From Thermoplasmata archaeon (GTDB lineage: Archaea; Thermoplasmatota; Thermoplasmata; Lutacidiplasmatales; UBA184), in the NCBI GenBank assembly GCA_022750435.1, contig JAKIVS010000010.1:3912-67911 (forward strand): a stretch of DNA of 64,000 bases, read 5' to 3'. Below the pieces are notes generated by a model. The model was given only the letters and a program-made list of their open reading frames with translations, did not search any database and was not told the DNA's origin. Positions 18,369-27,727 of this stretch are shown one piece after another; the stretch's first letter is position 1; each line of letters begins with the position of its first letter. A program made the translations under genes and the position numbers.

Positions 18369-20409
18369 GCTGGCTCACCCGCTCGATCGCCTCGTAGAGC
18401 GCGGGAAGGTCGCCGGGCGGCTCGCCCCGGACCCCGCGCAGCATCGCCGCCGACCGGACGGAATCGACCATGTGAACGGCGGAGAGGGGACGGATCGGCG
18501 CCAGCCGGAAGGTGACGTCCTGCAGGACCTCGACGTAGATCCCGCCCATGCCGAAGACGACGACCGGGCCGAACGTCGCGTCCCGTTGGGCCCCCACCAG
18601 CACCTCGTGGCCCCCGCGGACCATCGCCTCGACCTCGAAACCTTGGATGTGCGCCTTCGGTGCCCGGCGGGCGAGCCCGGAGCGCATCGTGGTCCAGGCG
18701 GCGCGGAGGGTCGCGGCGTCGCCGAGGTTGGTCGCGACCCCGCCGACGTCGGTCTTGTGGGAGATGTCCGGGGAGGCGACTTTCAGCACGACCGGATACC
18801 CAATCTCGTCGGCCGCCGCGATCGCGCCCTCGAGCGTGGTCGTTCCGCGGGACGGAGCGAACTCGATGCCGTACGCCTCCACAAGGGAGCGCGCGGAGTA
18901 CTCGGGCAGGACGGTCGTCCCGCTCCGCCGCGCCGCCGCGATCGAACGACGGACCGCCGCCCGGTCCACCGGGAACGCCTTGGTGCGGGTCCTGGGGCGC
19001 GTCCTCCACGCCCGGTAGCGGGAGAGGGTGGCCAAGCCGGAGACGGCCTCCTCGGGGAACGTGAACGTGGGCACCCCGGCGTCCTCGAGCTGGCCGACCT
19101 CTCGGCTCAGGTCGGTCAGCCCAAACAGGCAGGCGGCGACCGGTTTCCGGCTCCGGCCGCGACCGGCGAGGATCGCGGCCGCGGCGGCGTCGCCGGAGAG
19201 CGTCCCCGTCGGGGTCGCGATGACGAGGGCGCCGTCCACGTCGGAGGAGGCCAGGAGTCGGGCGAGGGCGGACGAATACTGCGGGCCCCCGGCGTCCGCG
19301 GTCATATCGACCGGGTTCCCGACCGACGCGGAGGGGGAGAGCAACCTCCGCAGGCCGTCGGCGACGCGCGCATTTGGGCGGGGGAGTTCGAGGCCGAGAC
19401 GGGCACACGCGTCCGCGGCGACGATTCCCGGACCCCCGGAGTTCGTCAGGATCGCGAGACGGGGTCCCGCGAGGGTTAGTCCCGCCCCGTGGACCTTTGC
19501 GGCCCGGAAGAGTTCGCCGATCGAATCGACGCGGATCACGCCCGACTGCTCGAACAGGGCGTCGTACAGCTTGTCCTGGGCGGAGTGGGCGAGCGAGCCG
19601 GTGTGGCTGCGTGCGGCCCTCTCTCCGGCGGGCGACCGACCGCTCTTGATCACGAGCACCGGCTTCCGCTCCGTGACCTCGCGCGCGGTCTCGAGGAAGC
19701 GATGCCCGTCGGCGAGGTTCTCGACGTACAGCAGCACCACCCCGGTCGCCGGGTCGTCGGCGAGGCAGCGAAGTAGGTCGTTCTCATCGACCCCCGCCCG
19801 GTTTCCGATCGAGACGAATCGGGAGAACCCGATCCGCTCCGCGATCCCGTAGCGCAGGATGCCCGCGCAGAGCGCTCCGCTCTGGCTGACGAAGGCGATG
19901 TGTCCCCGGGGGGGCAGCGTGTCCGAGAAGGTGGCGTTCAGCCCGACCGTCGGGTCGGTGTTGAGAAGGCCGAAGCAGTTCGGACCGACGAGCGACATCC
20001 CATAGTGGCGGGCGCGATCGACCAGCGCCGCTTCGAGGGCGACCCCGGCGCCACCGACCTCGCGGAATCCCGCGGAGATCACGACGACCCCCCGGGTGCC
20101 CTTGCGGCCGAGCTCGTCCACGACGCCCGCTACCTGAGGGGCCGGGACAATGACGACAGCCAACTCCGGAGTCTCCGGAAGTTGGTCCACCGACGGGTAG
20201 CACCGCACCCCGCTCACGCTCGGCCATCGCGGATTGACCGGATACACGACCCCTTGGAAGCCGGCGCCGAGAATGTTACGGAACAGGCTCGCCCCGACCG
20301 CGCCCGGGCGATTGGAGGCGCCGACCACCGCCACCGAGTGGGGCCGGAACAGTTCGTCGTGCCCCGGCAGCGATCGGTCGCGCACGCGTCGGACTCTCCG
20401 ATTCGCCAC
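18223..20409 (-). CDS. ADP-forming acetate/acyl-CoA synthetase, fused alpha-beta
   Basis: CoA-binding PHSVAVVGAS, GPNCFG, SQSGA, the catalytic SHTGSL, TNSGG, and ATP-grasp GYPVVLK...HKTDVGGV and ELDLNP. The true start may be GTG at 20385. Confidence 0.93.
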   Translation of the reverse strand: MANRRVRRVRDRSLPGHDELFRPHSVAVVGASNRPGAVGASLFRNILGAGFQGVVYPVNPRWPSVSGVRCYPSVDQLPETPELAVVIVPAPQVAGVVDELGRKGTRGVVVISAGFREVGGAGVALEAALVDRARHYGMSLVGPNCFGLLNTDPTVGLNATFSDTLPPRGHIAFVSQSGALCAGILRYGIAERIGFSRFVSIGNRAGVDENDLLRCLADDPATGVVLLYVENLADGHRFLETAREVTERKPVLVIKSGRSPAGERAARSHTGSLAHSAQDKLYDALFEQSGVIRVDSIGELFRAAKVHGAGLTLAGPRLAILTNSGGPGIVAADACARLGLELPRPNARVADGLRRLLSPSASVGNPVDMTADAGGPQYSSALARLLASSDVDGALVIATPTGTLSGDAAAAAILAGRGRSRKPVAACLFGLTDLSREVGQLEDAGVPTFTFPEEAVSGLATLSRYRAWRTRPRTRTKAFPVDRAAVRRSIAAARRSGTTVLPEYSARSLVEAYGIEFAPSRGTTTLEGAIAAADEIGYPVVLKVASPDISHKTDVGGVATNLGDAATLRAAWTTMRSGLARRAPKAHIQGFEVEAMVRGGHEVLVGAQRDATFGPVVVFGMGGIYVEVLQDVTFRLAPIRPLSAVHMVDSVRSAAMLRGVRGEPPGDLPALYEAIERVSQLIVECPEVAELDLNPLIVRPMGEGVVAVDARVALDLSSRSARRASPPR

Positions 20410-20419
20410 CGCGCCCCCG

Positions 20420-20426
20420 TTAAATA
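20420..20426. promoter_or_regulatory. Putative bidirectional TATA box between the acyl-CoA synthetase and Mrp genes
   Basis: TTAAATA in a very short divergent gap, about 22 nt before the Mrp ATG. Confidence 0.5.
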
Positions 20427-20447
20427 CGATGGCCCGGCTTCGAGCCG

Positions 20448-21320
20448 ATGGCCGAACCGACGGGGGCCGCGGTGCCGCACGGCCCGTCCTCTCCGCCCGG
20501 CGCCGCGCCCGCGCGCGGACGTCCCGGTGGCGTCCTCCAGAAGATGGGGAAGGGTCAGATTACCCACGTGGTGGCCGTCGGTTCGGGCAAGGGCGGCGTC
20601 GGCAAGTCGTCGACCACGGCCCTGCTCGCCGCCGAACTTCGCCGGCGGGGCCTCGCGGTCGGGCTCCTGGACGCCGACGTCACTGGACCCTCCATCCCGA
20701 AACTGTTCGGCCTCTCCGGCCCGCTCGTCGACAAGGGCGAGGGGATCGAGGCGACCCGCAGCGCGGGCGGCATTCCGGTCGTCTCCTCGCAGTTCCTCGT
20801 CGAGGACGAGCAGGCACCGGTGATCTGGCGCGGACCCCTGGTCACCCGGCTCATCATGCAGTTTTTTGGCGGGGTGAACTGGGGGAAGCTCGACTACCTC
20901 CTGATCGACATGCCGCCTGGGACGAGCGACGTCCCGCTGACCGTGTTCCAAACCATCCCGATCGACGGGATGGTGTTCGTGTTCACCCCGCAGGACCTCG
21001 CCGCGATGATTGTGAAGAAGGCGATGAACATGGCCCGGGACCTCCACGTGCCGCTCCTCGGCGCCGTGGAGAACATGAGCTACCTCGCCTGCCCCCACTG
21101 CCACGAGCGGATTCGCCTGTTCGGCGCCGGCGGGATCGACAAGATCGCCGAGGAGTACGGCATCGCGGTCCTGGCGAAGTTGCCCGTCGACCCGGCGCTT
21201 TCGGACGCCGCCGACCATGGCGGGATCGAAGGGTACGCCTCGCCCGAGGTCGCCGCCCTCGGGGACGCGTTCCTCGCCGCCGTCGCCCGTCAGACGAGCG
21301 ACACCGTCACGACGTTGTGA
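20448..21320 (+). CDS. Mrp/NBP35 (ApbC) Fe-S cluster carrier ATPase
   Basis: Motifs SGKGGVGKSS, DADVTGPS, VIWRGP, DMPPGTSD and ENMS...CPHC. Confidence 0.95.
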   Translation: MAEPTGAAVPHGPSSPPGAAPARGRPGGVLQKMGKGQITHVVAVGSGKGGVGKSSTTALLAAELRRRGLAVGLLDADVTGPSIPKLFGLSGPLVDKGEGIEATRSAGGIPVVSSQFLVEDEQAPVIWRGPLVTRLIMQFFGGVNWGKLDYLLIDMPPGTSDVPLTVFQTIPIDGMVFVFTPQDLAAMIVKKAMNMARDLHVPLLGAVENMSYLACPHCHERIRLFGAGGIDKIAEEYGIAVLAKLPVDPALSDAADHGGIEGYASPEVAALGDAFLAAVARQTSDTVTTL

Positions 21321-22008
21321 CCGTTCGCAGCTGCGCGAAGGCGACTGTTTCCGTCGGCACGCCGCGCCGGTGGAGCGCGTCGGCGAGCCCCCGGACGTGG
21401 GCGTCCCCAACCACCGCGGCGACCCGCCCGTAGCCGTTGCGTCGCGCCTCGGTGAGGCGGGCGGCCATGTGCTCGTTCCGCTCGTCGAGCAGGACCCGGG
21501 CCACGCCCGGGTACGCCTGGCGCAGCTGCCCGACATAGTCGTCGGGCGCCTCGGCGTACCGGTCGATCTCCGTCCGGACGAGGCGGGAGGGGATCACGAG
21601 CCCGACGATGCTTCCCACCACGAGCAGGATCCGCTCGCGGAACGACAGCGACCCGATCAGGTGGGCGACGGTCTCCCGGATCGGGTCGTCGATGAGGAGC
21701 AGCGGGATCCCCCGCTCCTTCGCGAGGGTGGCCGCGCTGCGCATCTCCGCGCCGGCGATGCCGGCGCCCAACTCGCCGCCGAGACGGCGCTGGACGACCG
21801 CCCACAGGCGCAGGAAGAACGGCCCGCCACCCGCGGGGGCGGCGGGGGTGCCCTCCGTGAGGAGGGCGCGGGCCCGCTCGTCGTCCAGCTCGACGGCGAT
21901 CGCATCGAGCGTGCGGCCCTGGAGCGTCGCGCGGATCGGCCCCTCGAGGTCGACCACGTGCGCGGCGCCGAGGAGGAGGACCGGCGCCTCGAGGGTGCTG
22001 GAGTACAC
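21307..22008 (-). CDS. TraB/GumN/PrgY-family protein
   Basis: Motifs LLGAAHV, AVELD..R, GAEMRSA, LLDERNEHMA and VVGDAH. Start is GTG at 22008. Confidence 0.85.
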   Translation of the reverse strand: MYSSTLEAPVLLLGAAHVVDLEGPIRATLQGRTLDAIAVELDDERARALLTEGTPAAPAGGGPFFLRLWAVVQRRLGGELGAGIAGAEMRSAATLAKERGIPLLLIDDPIRETVAHLIGSLSFRERILLVVGSIVGLVIPSRLVRTEIDRYAEAPDDYVGQLRQAYPGVARVLLDERNEHMAARLTEARRNGYGRVAAVVGDAHVRGLADALHRRGVPTETVAFAQLRTVTTS

Positions 22009-22087
22009 GGGGGCTCGACCCCCTGCTCGCAGATGGGGGTTGCGGCCTCGCGGCAGGGTTTTCGGCCCCCTTGGCCTCCGGCGGTCG

Positions 22088-23170
22088 ATGGCGAGCCCGT
22101 TTCCGCCGCCGCAGGACCCGAAACCGCCGACGGGCCGCACCCGGCACCCGTTCTTCATGCACGCCATGGTTCGACGCCAGCAGGTGGCGGTCCAGGCGAC
22201 GCTCGCCGAGGCGTCGACGTTCGCGGGAGCCCCCTTGCTCCGCGACCCGGGGGCTCGGCTCCTCACCACGGGCATCGGCACGTCGTTCCATGCCGCTCTC
22301 GCCGTCGCCGCCGCGGCGCGGGCGGCCGCTCCCGGTCGGTTCGTCGAGGCGCGTCCCGCCTTCGACCTCTTGGATTCCCCGGAGAGCGTCACGGCCGACT
22401 ACGCAGTCGCCTTCTCGGAGTCCGCGGAGACGTTCGTCACCGTCCGCGCCCTCGAGCTGCTCCGGGAGCGCAAGGTCCCGACCCTGCTGATCACCGCCGC
22501 CCCCAAGGGAGAGGGGCGGGAGGTCGCGAGCAGCACGTTCGAGACCAAGTACTCCCGCGAGGACTCCTGGACCCACACGGTCAGCTACGCCGCGGGCGTG
22601 GCGGCGGGATGGGCCCTCGTGCGGGCCGCGCCGGACCCGGTCGCGGATGCGACCGTCGTCGGGGCCATCGGCGACACGCTCGACCTGGAACCAAAGGTGA
22701 TGGAGGCGGTGGAGGCAATCGGCGACCGGGACCGGTTCGTCGTCGTCGGCTCGGGAAGCGCCGAGGCGACGGCGCGCGAGGCGGCCCTCAAGATCCGCGA
22801 GGCGACGGGTCGGTTCGCGACCGCGGTCGGGGTCGAGGAGCTGCTCCACGGGATCCTCCCCTCGGTGAACGGGAAGACGGCGGTGCTGGCGGTCTCGGGC
22901 ACCGCGTTCGAGCGACGCCGGGCCCTCGAGGGCCTCACCGCGTCCCGGCATCTCGAGGCGTTCCCCTGGCTGATCGACACCTCGGGGGCGCCCACCGTCG
23001 AGCAGGGACTCGCCCTTCCGCCCGTACCACCGTCGATCGCCCCGGTCGTTCAGGGCATCCCCTTCCAATGGCTCGCCTACTGGATCGCCGTCTCCGACGG
23101 ACGCAACCCGGACATCATGGGCCTCGACGACCCCAAGGTGCTCGCCGCCCGCCGGAGTTTCGGGATCTGA
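22088..23170 (+). CDS. Double-SIS sugar-phosphate isomerase/deaminase (GlmS C-terminal-like)
   Basis: Motifs TGIGTSFHAA, FSESAET, EAALKIRE, EELLHG, QWLAYWIA and GRNPD. There is no glutaminase domain. Confidence 0.85.
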   Translation: MASPFPPPQDPKPPTGRTRHPFFMHAMVRRQQVAVQATLAEASTFAGAPLLRDPGARLLTTGIGTSFHAALAVAAAARAAAPGRFVEARPAFDLLDSPESVTADYAVAFSESAETFVTVRALELLRERKVPTLLITAAPKGEGREVASSTFETKYSREDSWTHTVSYAAGVAAGWALVRAAPDPVADATVVGAIGDTLDLEPKVMEAVEAIGDRDRFVVVGSGSAEATAREAALKIREATGRFATAVGVEELLHGILPSVNGKTAVLAVSGTAFERRRALEGLTASRHLEAFPWLIDTSGAPTVEQGLALPPVPPSIAPVVQGIPFQWLAYWIAVSDGRNPDIMGLDDPKVLAARRSFGI

Positions 23171-23238
23171 CGGGTTGCCGGACCACCGACGGTCCCCGTC
23201 CGCCAAACCCCAAATAGGGTCTCTCGGTCGCGCCGCCG

Positions 23239-23538
23239 ATGGCGTGGACGATCTTCGAGGTGCCGAGCGCGCGCCGCACCGAACTCGACGCCGCCCTCAA
23301 CGACGACGTTGTCTCCCGGCAGAGCCAGAAGATCCGGGACGCCGCGACCCAGGGCGGGGCGGCCGGCCAGCTGTTCGTGGTCATCTCCGGGTCGGACGAC
23401 GGCGTGGCTCGCGCGAACGAATTGATGGCCCCGCTCGGACGCAAGCTGCCCCCCGCGGACGCCGAGGCGCTCCACAAGAAGCTCCAGGACGAGGACGACT
23501 CGGCCTCGGCCGGAATGGGGCTGTTCTTCACCGAGTGA
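23239..23538 (+). CDS. Conserved-looking small archaeal hypothetical protein
   Basis: 99 aa with normal codon usage: DDVVSRQS...ISGS...AGMGLFF. Function unknown. Confidence 0.75.
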   Translation: MAWTIFEVPSARRTELDAALNDDVVSRQSQKIRDAATQGGAAGQLFVVISGSDDGVARANELMAPLGRKLPPADAEALHKKLQDEDDSASAGMGLFFTE

Positions 23539-23544
23539 GCGGAC

Positions 23545-24336
23545 CTACGGCTCGCTCGGACCCTGCGACGGCTCGAGGTCTTCGCCGCCGGCGAAGTTCT
23601 GCTGGAGCGACCGGTACAGCGGTTCGAGGCCCACGCCGGACCGCGCCGACGTCGGGATCAGCGTCGCGAGCGGGGCCATCGCCTCCATCGCACGGAACAG
23701 CTCCGTCGAGAGCTGCAGGTCCGGCGTGGCCGTCTCGCGCGTGACCGCGTCGTAGAGCCGACCGGGCTCCTCGCCCCATCCGAGGATCTCCTCGAGGCGC
23801 GCCGGGTCGAGCAGGTCGGTCTTCGTGAGAATGTTCAGCGTCGGGAGGCGGAAGCGGAACTCGACCGTCGCCGAGAGCAGGAGGAGGGAGACGAACCCGT
23901 TCGGCGTCCGCGCGAGGGCCGGGTCGAACAGGAATGCGATGGTGGACCGCTCCCCGCTGAGCGCGTCGACGATCGCCCGCGACGCCTCGCGGAAGGCGAA
24001 CAGCTCGATCTGGCCGGGCGTGTCGACCAGGACGTAGTCGGACTTGAACTCCGAGAGCGCCTGCTTGACGTCGAACACCTTGAGCGCGATCATGTCGGCC
24101 GCCGCCACCTGCGCGCCGTTCGGACCGAGGTTGTGCTCGGCCATCACCTCCGGGAGCTGGACCCACTCCCGGATGTCGACGTCCGGCTCCAGGTCGACGC
24201 TCTCGTTGCCCGGGTCGAGGTTGAGAATCGTCGCGTCGTAGCCGGCGCCCTTCAGGTAGGCCCGGAAGGCGTGGACGAGGTTCGTCTTCCCGGCGCCGGC
24301 GGTGCCCGTGAAGTAGACGGTCCCCGGCTCCTCCAT
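23545..24336 (-). CDS. GPN-loop GTPase
   Basis: Motifs GTAGAGKT, NLDPG, LGPNGA, DTPGQIELF, TKTD and TSA. Confidence 0.95.
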   Translation of the reverse strand: MEEPGTVYFTGTAGAGKTNLVHAFRAYLKGAGYDATILNLDPGNESVDLEPDVDIREWVQLPEVMAEHNLGPNGAQVAAADMIALKVFDVKQALSEFKSDYVLVDTPGQIELFAFREASRAIVDALSGERSTIAFLFDPALARTPNGFVSLLLLSATVEFRFRLPTLNILTKTDLLDPARLEEILGWGEEPGRLYDAVTRETATPDLQLSTELFRAMEAMAPLATLIPTSARSGVGLEPLYRSLQQNFAGGEDLEPSQGPSEP

Positions 24337-24636
24337 CTACCGCTTCCCCCCCTCGGCGTGCCGTTGGGACAGCGCCGTGGCGAGCTGGCGGAGGAAGGCG
24401 GTCTTGGTGACCCCGGCCTTCTTCGCGATCCGAACCCGGCCGGCGTACGCGTGGACCGCGCGGGGATACTGCTTGTCCGGCTCGCTCGTCGCCGTGAAGC
24501 CGAGGGATTGAGCAACCTCGACGATCTCCTCGAGCGTCGTCTCCGCGACCGCCACCGGTTGGGCGACGCGACGACCGAGGGCGCGGGTGGTGCCGCGGCT
24601 CACGTAGGCCGGGTAGACGAAGAAATGGTCCGGCAT
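24337..24636 (-). CDS. srp19: Signal recognition particle protein SRP19
   Basis: VYPAY....TRALGRRV, LGF....DKQYPR and GRVRI..K. Confidence 0.92.
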   Translation of the reverse strand: MPDHFFVYPAYVSRGTTRALGRRVAQPVAVAETTLEEIVEVAQSLGFTATSEPDKQYPRAVHAYAGRVRIAKKAGVTKTAFLRQLATALSQRHAEGGKR

Positions 24637-24655
24637 CCGCGCCCCCGTTCCGGGG

Positions 24656-25054
24656 TCACTTCGATGCCGTGCGTTCGCCGATGCGCACCGCGTTGACGAC
24701 GCCGTCCTGCCCCGGGCGCGACCGGACCCGGACGAGTCCGAGCTCCGTCTCGAGGATGGCGCCCTTCGTGATGATGTTGCGTTGAACGAAGTTCGGGTTC
24801 GCGGGGTTCTCGCGGACGGTAACGATCTTCGTGACCTTCGAGGCCTTCGTCGCGGGGTCGTAGACGTTGGCCATCTCGACGGTCAGGATCCGGATCCGCT
24901 GGGAGCCCCCGCGGGTGCGGTACGGCTTGACCGTCCCCGGTCCGAGGGTCGCCTGCTGGAGCTCGCGGCCGATCTCGAACCGACGCTTCTTGCGGATGGG
25001 CCGAAGCCGACCTCCCGTCCGCTTGCGCCGTGAGCGACCTTGCCAGACCCCCAT
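24656..25054 (-). CDS. rps8e: 30S ribosomal protein S8e
   Basis: MGVWQGRSRRKRTGG, RTRGG, NPANPNFVQRNIITKG and SRPGQDGVVNA. Confidence 0.98.
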   Translation of the reverse strand: MGVWQGRSRRKRTGGRLRPIRKKRRFEIGRELQQATLGPGTVKPYRTRGGSQRIRILTVEMANVYDPATKASKVTKIVTVRENPANPNFVQRNIITKGAILETELGLVRVRSRPGQDGVVNAVRIGERTASK

Positions 25055-25145
25055 AGTTCCTCGTCGAGGGCGCAGCGAGCGGGGTTCGGTATTTGACGTT
25101 TCGCGGCCTCGGCGACGGCCCCCGGGCGGACGCGGGCCGTCGACG

Positions 25146-26036
25146 CTACAGGTAGGCGTGGAGGAGGCCACGGAGCGGGTCGAACTCCGCCATCACCGCG
25201 CGTTCCTCCGCGGCCGTGAGCGCTTCGTACGGCGCCCGGAATCCGGACGACGCCCCGCGGACCTGGGAGACGAGGAACTTCGTGGCGGAGGGGAACGGGC
25301 CGGCCCGCATCGCCCCCGCGACCCGGTCGACCAGACCCTGGAGCTCGGAGGCCCGGGCCGTCTCGTGGGCGAGCGCGGCGCGGACGAGAGCGACGGCGAG
25401 CCTCGGAACGACGTTCGCCGTCTCGAGCAGGGCCCCGCCCGCTCCCCTCCCGATCGCATCGGCGGCGAGGCCGTCGACTCCGGAGAAGACGGCGAACCCC
25501 TCTGGCGCGCCGCCGAGGAATCCCTCCACGCTCGTGAGGAATCCCGCCGCGTCGACGACCCCGTCGAGGACCCGCTCGCGGGCCAGCCGGTGCACGAGCT
25601 CCGGGGCAAGGGAGTACCCCGCAAACGCGGGGAGGTTGGCCGCCAGCAGCGGGATCTTGCTCCCGTCTCGGAGGGCCCGGTAGTAGTGCGCGACCGCCTC
25701 CGACGTCGGATGGAGGAAGTACGGCGGAACGGCGACGAGCGCCCCCGCGCCTCGCTCCTCCGCCGATTGGGCAAACCGGACGGCGAGTCGCGTGCTGGGA
25801 GCACCGACGCCCACCCAAGCGTCCGATTTCCCCGTCAGGCTCTCGATCGTGGACTCCAGGAGGAGGCGTCGCTCGGCTTCCTCGACGGACGCAATCTCGC
25901 CGACCGCGCTGAGCACGAAGACGTGGTCGACGCCGGCCGCGGAGATCCCGCGGACGAACGGCCCGTTGCGTCCTGCGTCGAACTCTCCCTCCTCCCCGAA
26001 CAGCGTCGGGACGGGGACGACGAGCCCGCGGAGCAT
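25146..26036 (-). CDS. Dihydrodipicolinate synthase/N-acetylneuraminate lyase-family protein with degenerate catalytic residues
   Basis: MLRGLVVPVPTLF, VGVGA, GAGALVAVPPYF, SGVD and ANVVP match the DHDPS TIM barrel, but the Schiff-base Lys is absent. Confidence 0.85.
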   Translation of the reverse strand: MLRGLVVPVPTLFGEEGEFDAGRNGPFVRGISAAGVDHVFVLSAVGEIASVEEAERRLLLESTIESLTGKSDAWVGVGAPSTRLAVRFAQSAEERGAGALVAVPPYFLHPTSEAVAHYYRALRDGSKIPLLAANLPAFAGYSLAPELVHRLARERVLDGVVDAAGFLTSVEGFLGGAPEGFAVFSGVDGLAADAIGRGAGGALLETANVVPRLAVALVRAALAHETARASELQGLVDRVAGAMRAGPFPSATKFLVSQVRGASSGFRAPYEALTAAEERAVMAEFDPLRGLLHAYL

Positions 26037-26090
26037 CGACGGGGAAGGCGACTCGCGCTTATGGGGTGCGCGCCGTACCCGCTCCCACCG

Positions 26091-26789
26091 ATGGGGCGCG
26101 CCACCCTCGCCTCTCCACCACCCCCGCCGGTGGGCGCGGTCCTCGGCATCGACGAGGCGGGGCGGGGCAGTCTGGTCGGCCCCCTCGTGGTCGGCGGGTT
26201 CCTCGTCGACGCCGAACGGATCTCGGAGTTGACCGAACTCGGGGTCCGGGACTCCAAGCGGCTTACCCCCGCGCGGCGCGAGGAGATCTTCGCCGCGCTC
26301 CCGTCCGTGGGCCGGTGCTGGGCGGTCCCACTCCCTCCGCGCACCGTCGACCGGGCCGTCCACAAGGGACAGCTCAACGGTCTCGAGCTCGACGCCTTCG
26401 CGTCGATTGTCCGCAGCGCCCGGCCGGACATGGCCTACGCGGACGCCTGCGACCCGGTCGCCGAACGGTTCGGCCGTCGGCTCGGCGAGGCTTCCGGGAA
26501 CATCTGCCTCGTCCATGCCCGTCACAAGGCCGACCGGGACCTGCCGGTGGTCGGCGCGGCGTCGATCGTGGCGAAGGTCCACCGCGACCGCGCCCTCGGC
26601 CGCTTGCGCGCGAAGCTCGGCGACGACCTGGGGAGCGGCTACCCGTCCGACCGAGGGACCGTCGAGTTCGTGCGCCAGGCGATCTCGGGAGGCGGCCCGC
26701 TCCCCTCGTGGCTGCGGGCGTCGTGGGCGACGACGGAGAGACTTATTCAACGGCGGACGGCTCGACCGCTCGAGGGCTTCGGGCCATGA
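26091..26789 (+). CDS. rnhB: Ribonuclease HII
   Basis: Motifs GIDEAGRG, RDSKRL, HKAD, AASIVAKVHRD, GSGYPSD and RASW.T. Confidence 0.97.
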   Translation: MGRATLASPPPPPVGAVLGIDEAGRGSLVGPLVVGGFLVDAERISELTELGVRDSKRLTPARREEIFAALPSVGRCWAVPLPPRTVDRAVHKGQLNGLELDAFASIVRSARPDMAYADACDPVAERFGRRLGEASGNICLVHARHKADRDLPVVGAASIVAKVHRDRALGRLRAKLGDDLGSGYPSDRGTVEFVRQAISGGGPLPSWLRASWATTERLIQRRTARPLEGFGP

Positions 26790-27118
26790 TCGAGGAGACG
26801 CTCGCCGGCGTCGTCGAGCGGTTCAACCGCCACGGGGACCGCAACCCGGCGGTCCGAGCCGAGCTCGAAGGGTTCGAGCGTACCATCCGGATCCACCTGA
26901 CCGATGAGGGGACCTACGCGGTCGACCTGCACGGAGGTCGTCTCACGAACCTCCGCAGCGACGGCACCGGGAAGGCCGACATGACGATCACGACCGACCG
27001 CGCGACGCTCCTCGGCCTCGTCGCAAAGGAGATTGGACCCATGAAGGCCCTGGTGACGCGGAAGCTCGCCATCGACGGCAGCCTCGAGGACAAGCTGCTG
27101 TTCCGCAAGCTGCTCTAG
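26786..27118 (+). CDS. SCP2 sterol/lipid-binding domain protein
   Basis: ADMTITTD...IGPMKALVTRKLAIDG. It overlaps rnhB by ATGA. Confidence 0.85.
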   Translation: MIEETLAGVVERFNRHGDRNPAVRAELEGFERTIRIHLTDEGTYAVDLHGGRLTNLRSDGTGKADMTITTDRATLLGLVAKEIGPMKALVTRKLAIDGSLEDKLLFRKLL

Positions 27119-27131
27119 GCAGCGACCGTCG

Positions 27132-27632
27132 CTACGGCAGGAAGACGCAGGCGGCGATGCAGACGCCGTAGTGGTCCATCGGGATCACGAGCTCTTCCGT
27201 CCGGTAGTGGATCCGCCGCAGCTCCACGCCGCGGAAGTGGGCGATCTCCTCCATCCGCCAGCGGAGGAACTCCTTCAGCGACTTCTGCGTCCCGTGCACG
27301 TGGCCCTCGGCGACGTAGCCGCCCTGGCCGTCCGTCCGGAACCCGTAGGCGATGCCGGAGCTGATGACCTCGCCCTCGCCTCCGCCCATCCGCGCGAGGA
27401 CGCAATGCGTGATGGCGCCGCGCGAGATCGCGAGGCGGTCGACCTGCCGGATCCCGATCGGCAGCACCGAGGAGACGCTGACCAGGTTCTGCTCGCCGAT
27501 GCCGGCCTGGAGGAGCGCGAGGTCGAACGCGTTCAACTCGCTGGTCTTGTTGATCCCCTTCCCGCTGGTGGCGAAGAATCGGGTCGGGATTGGGACGAGG
27601 GTCCCTTCGCGAGCCTCGGCGCGACGTGGCAC
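27132..27632 (-). CDS. pdaD: Pyruvoyl-dependent arginine decarboxylase
   Basis: LNAFDLALLQAGI..NLVSVSSVLP contains the Ser-Ser autocleavage site, followed by GYVAE. Confidence 0.92.
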   Translation of the reverse strand: MPRRAEAREGTLVPIPTRFFATSGKGINKTSELNAFDLALLQAGIGEQNLVSVSSVLPIGIRQVDRLAISRGAITHCVLARMGGGEGEVISSGIAYGFRTDGQGGYVAEGHVHGTQKSLKEFLRWRMEEIAHFRGVELRRIHYRTEELVIPMDHYGVCIAACVFLP

Positions 27633-27727
27633 GAGGGGCGGGGAGCGGTTTCGCGGCTTAACCTTTCGGTCGAGAACGGCCCGTCGGGACCGATTCGGAG
27701 CGCCCGCGCGGGCCGGCGACCCGCCGA

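Noticed and set aside
21088-21105. CPHCH as a c-type heme-binding motif
   Set aside because: It is the conserved CPxC Fe-S-binding motif of the cytoplasmic Mrp/NBP35 protein.
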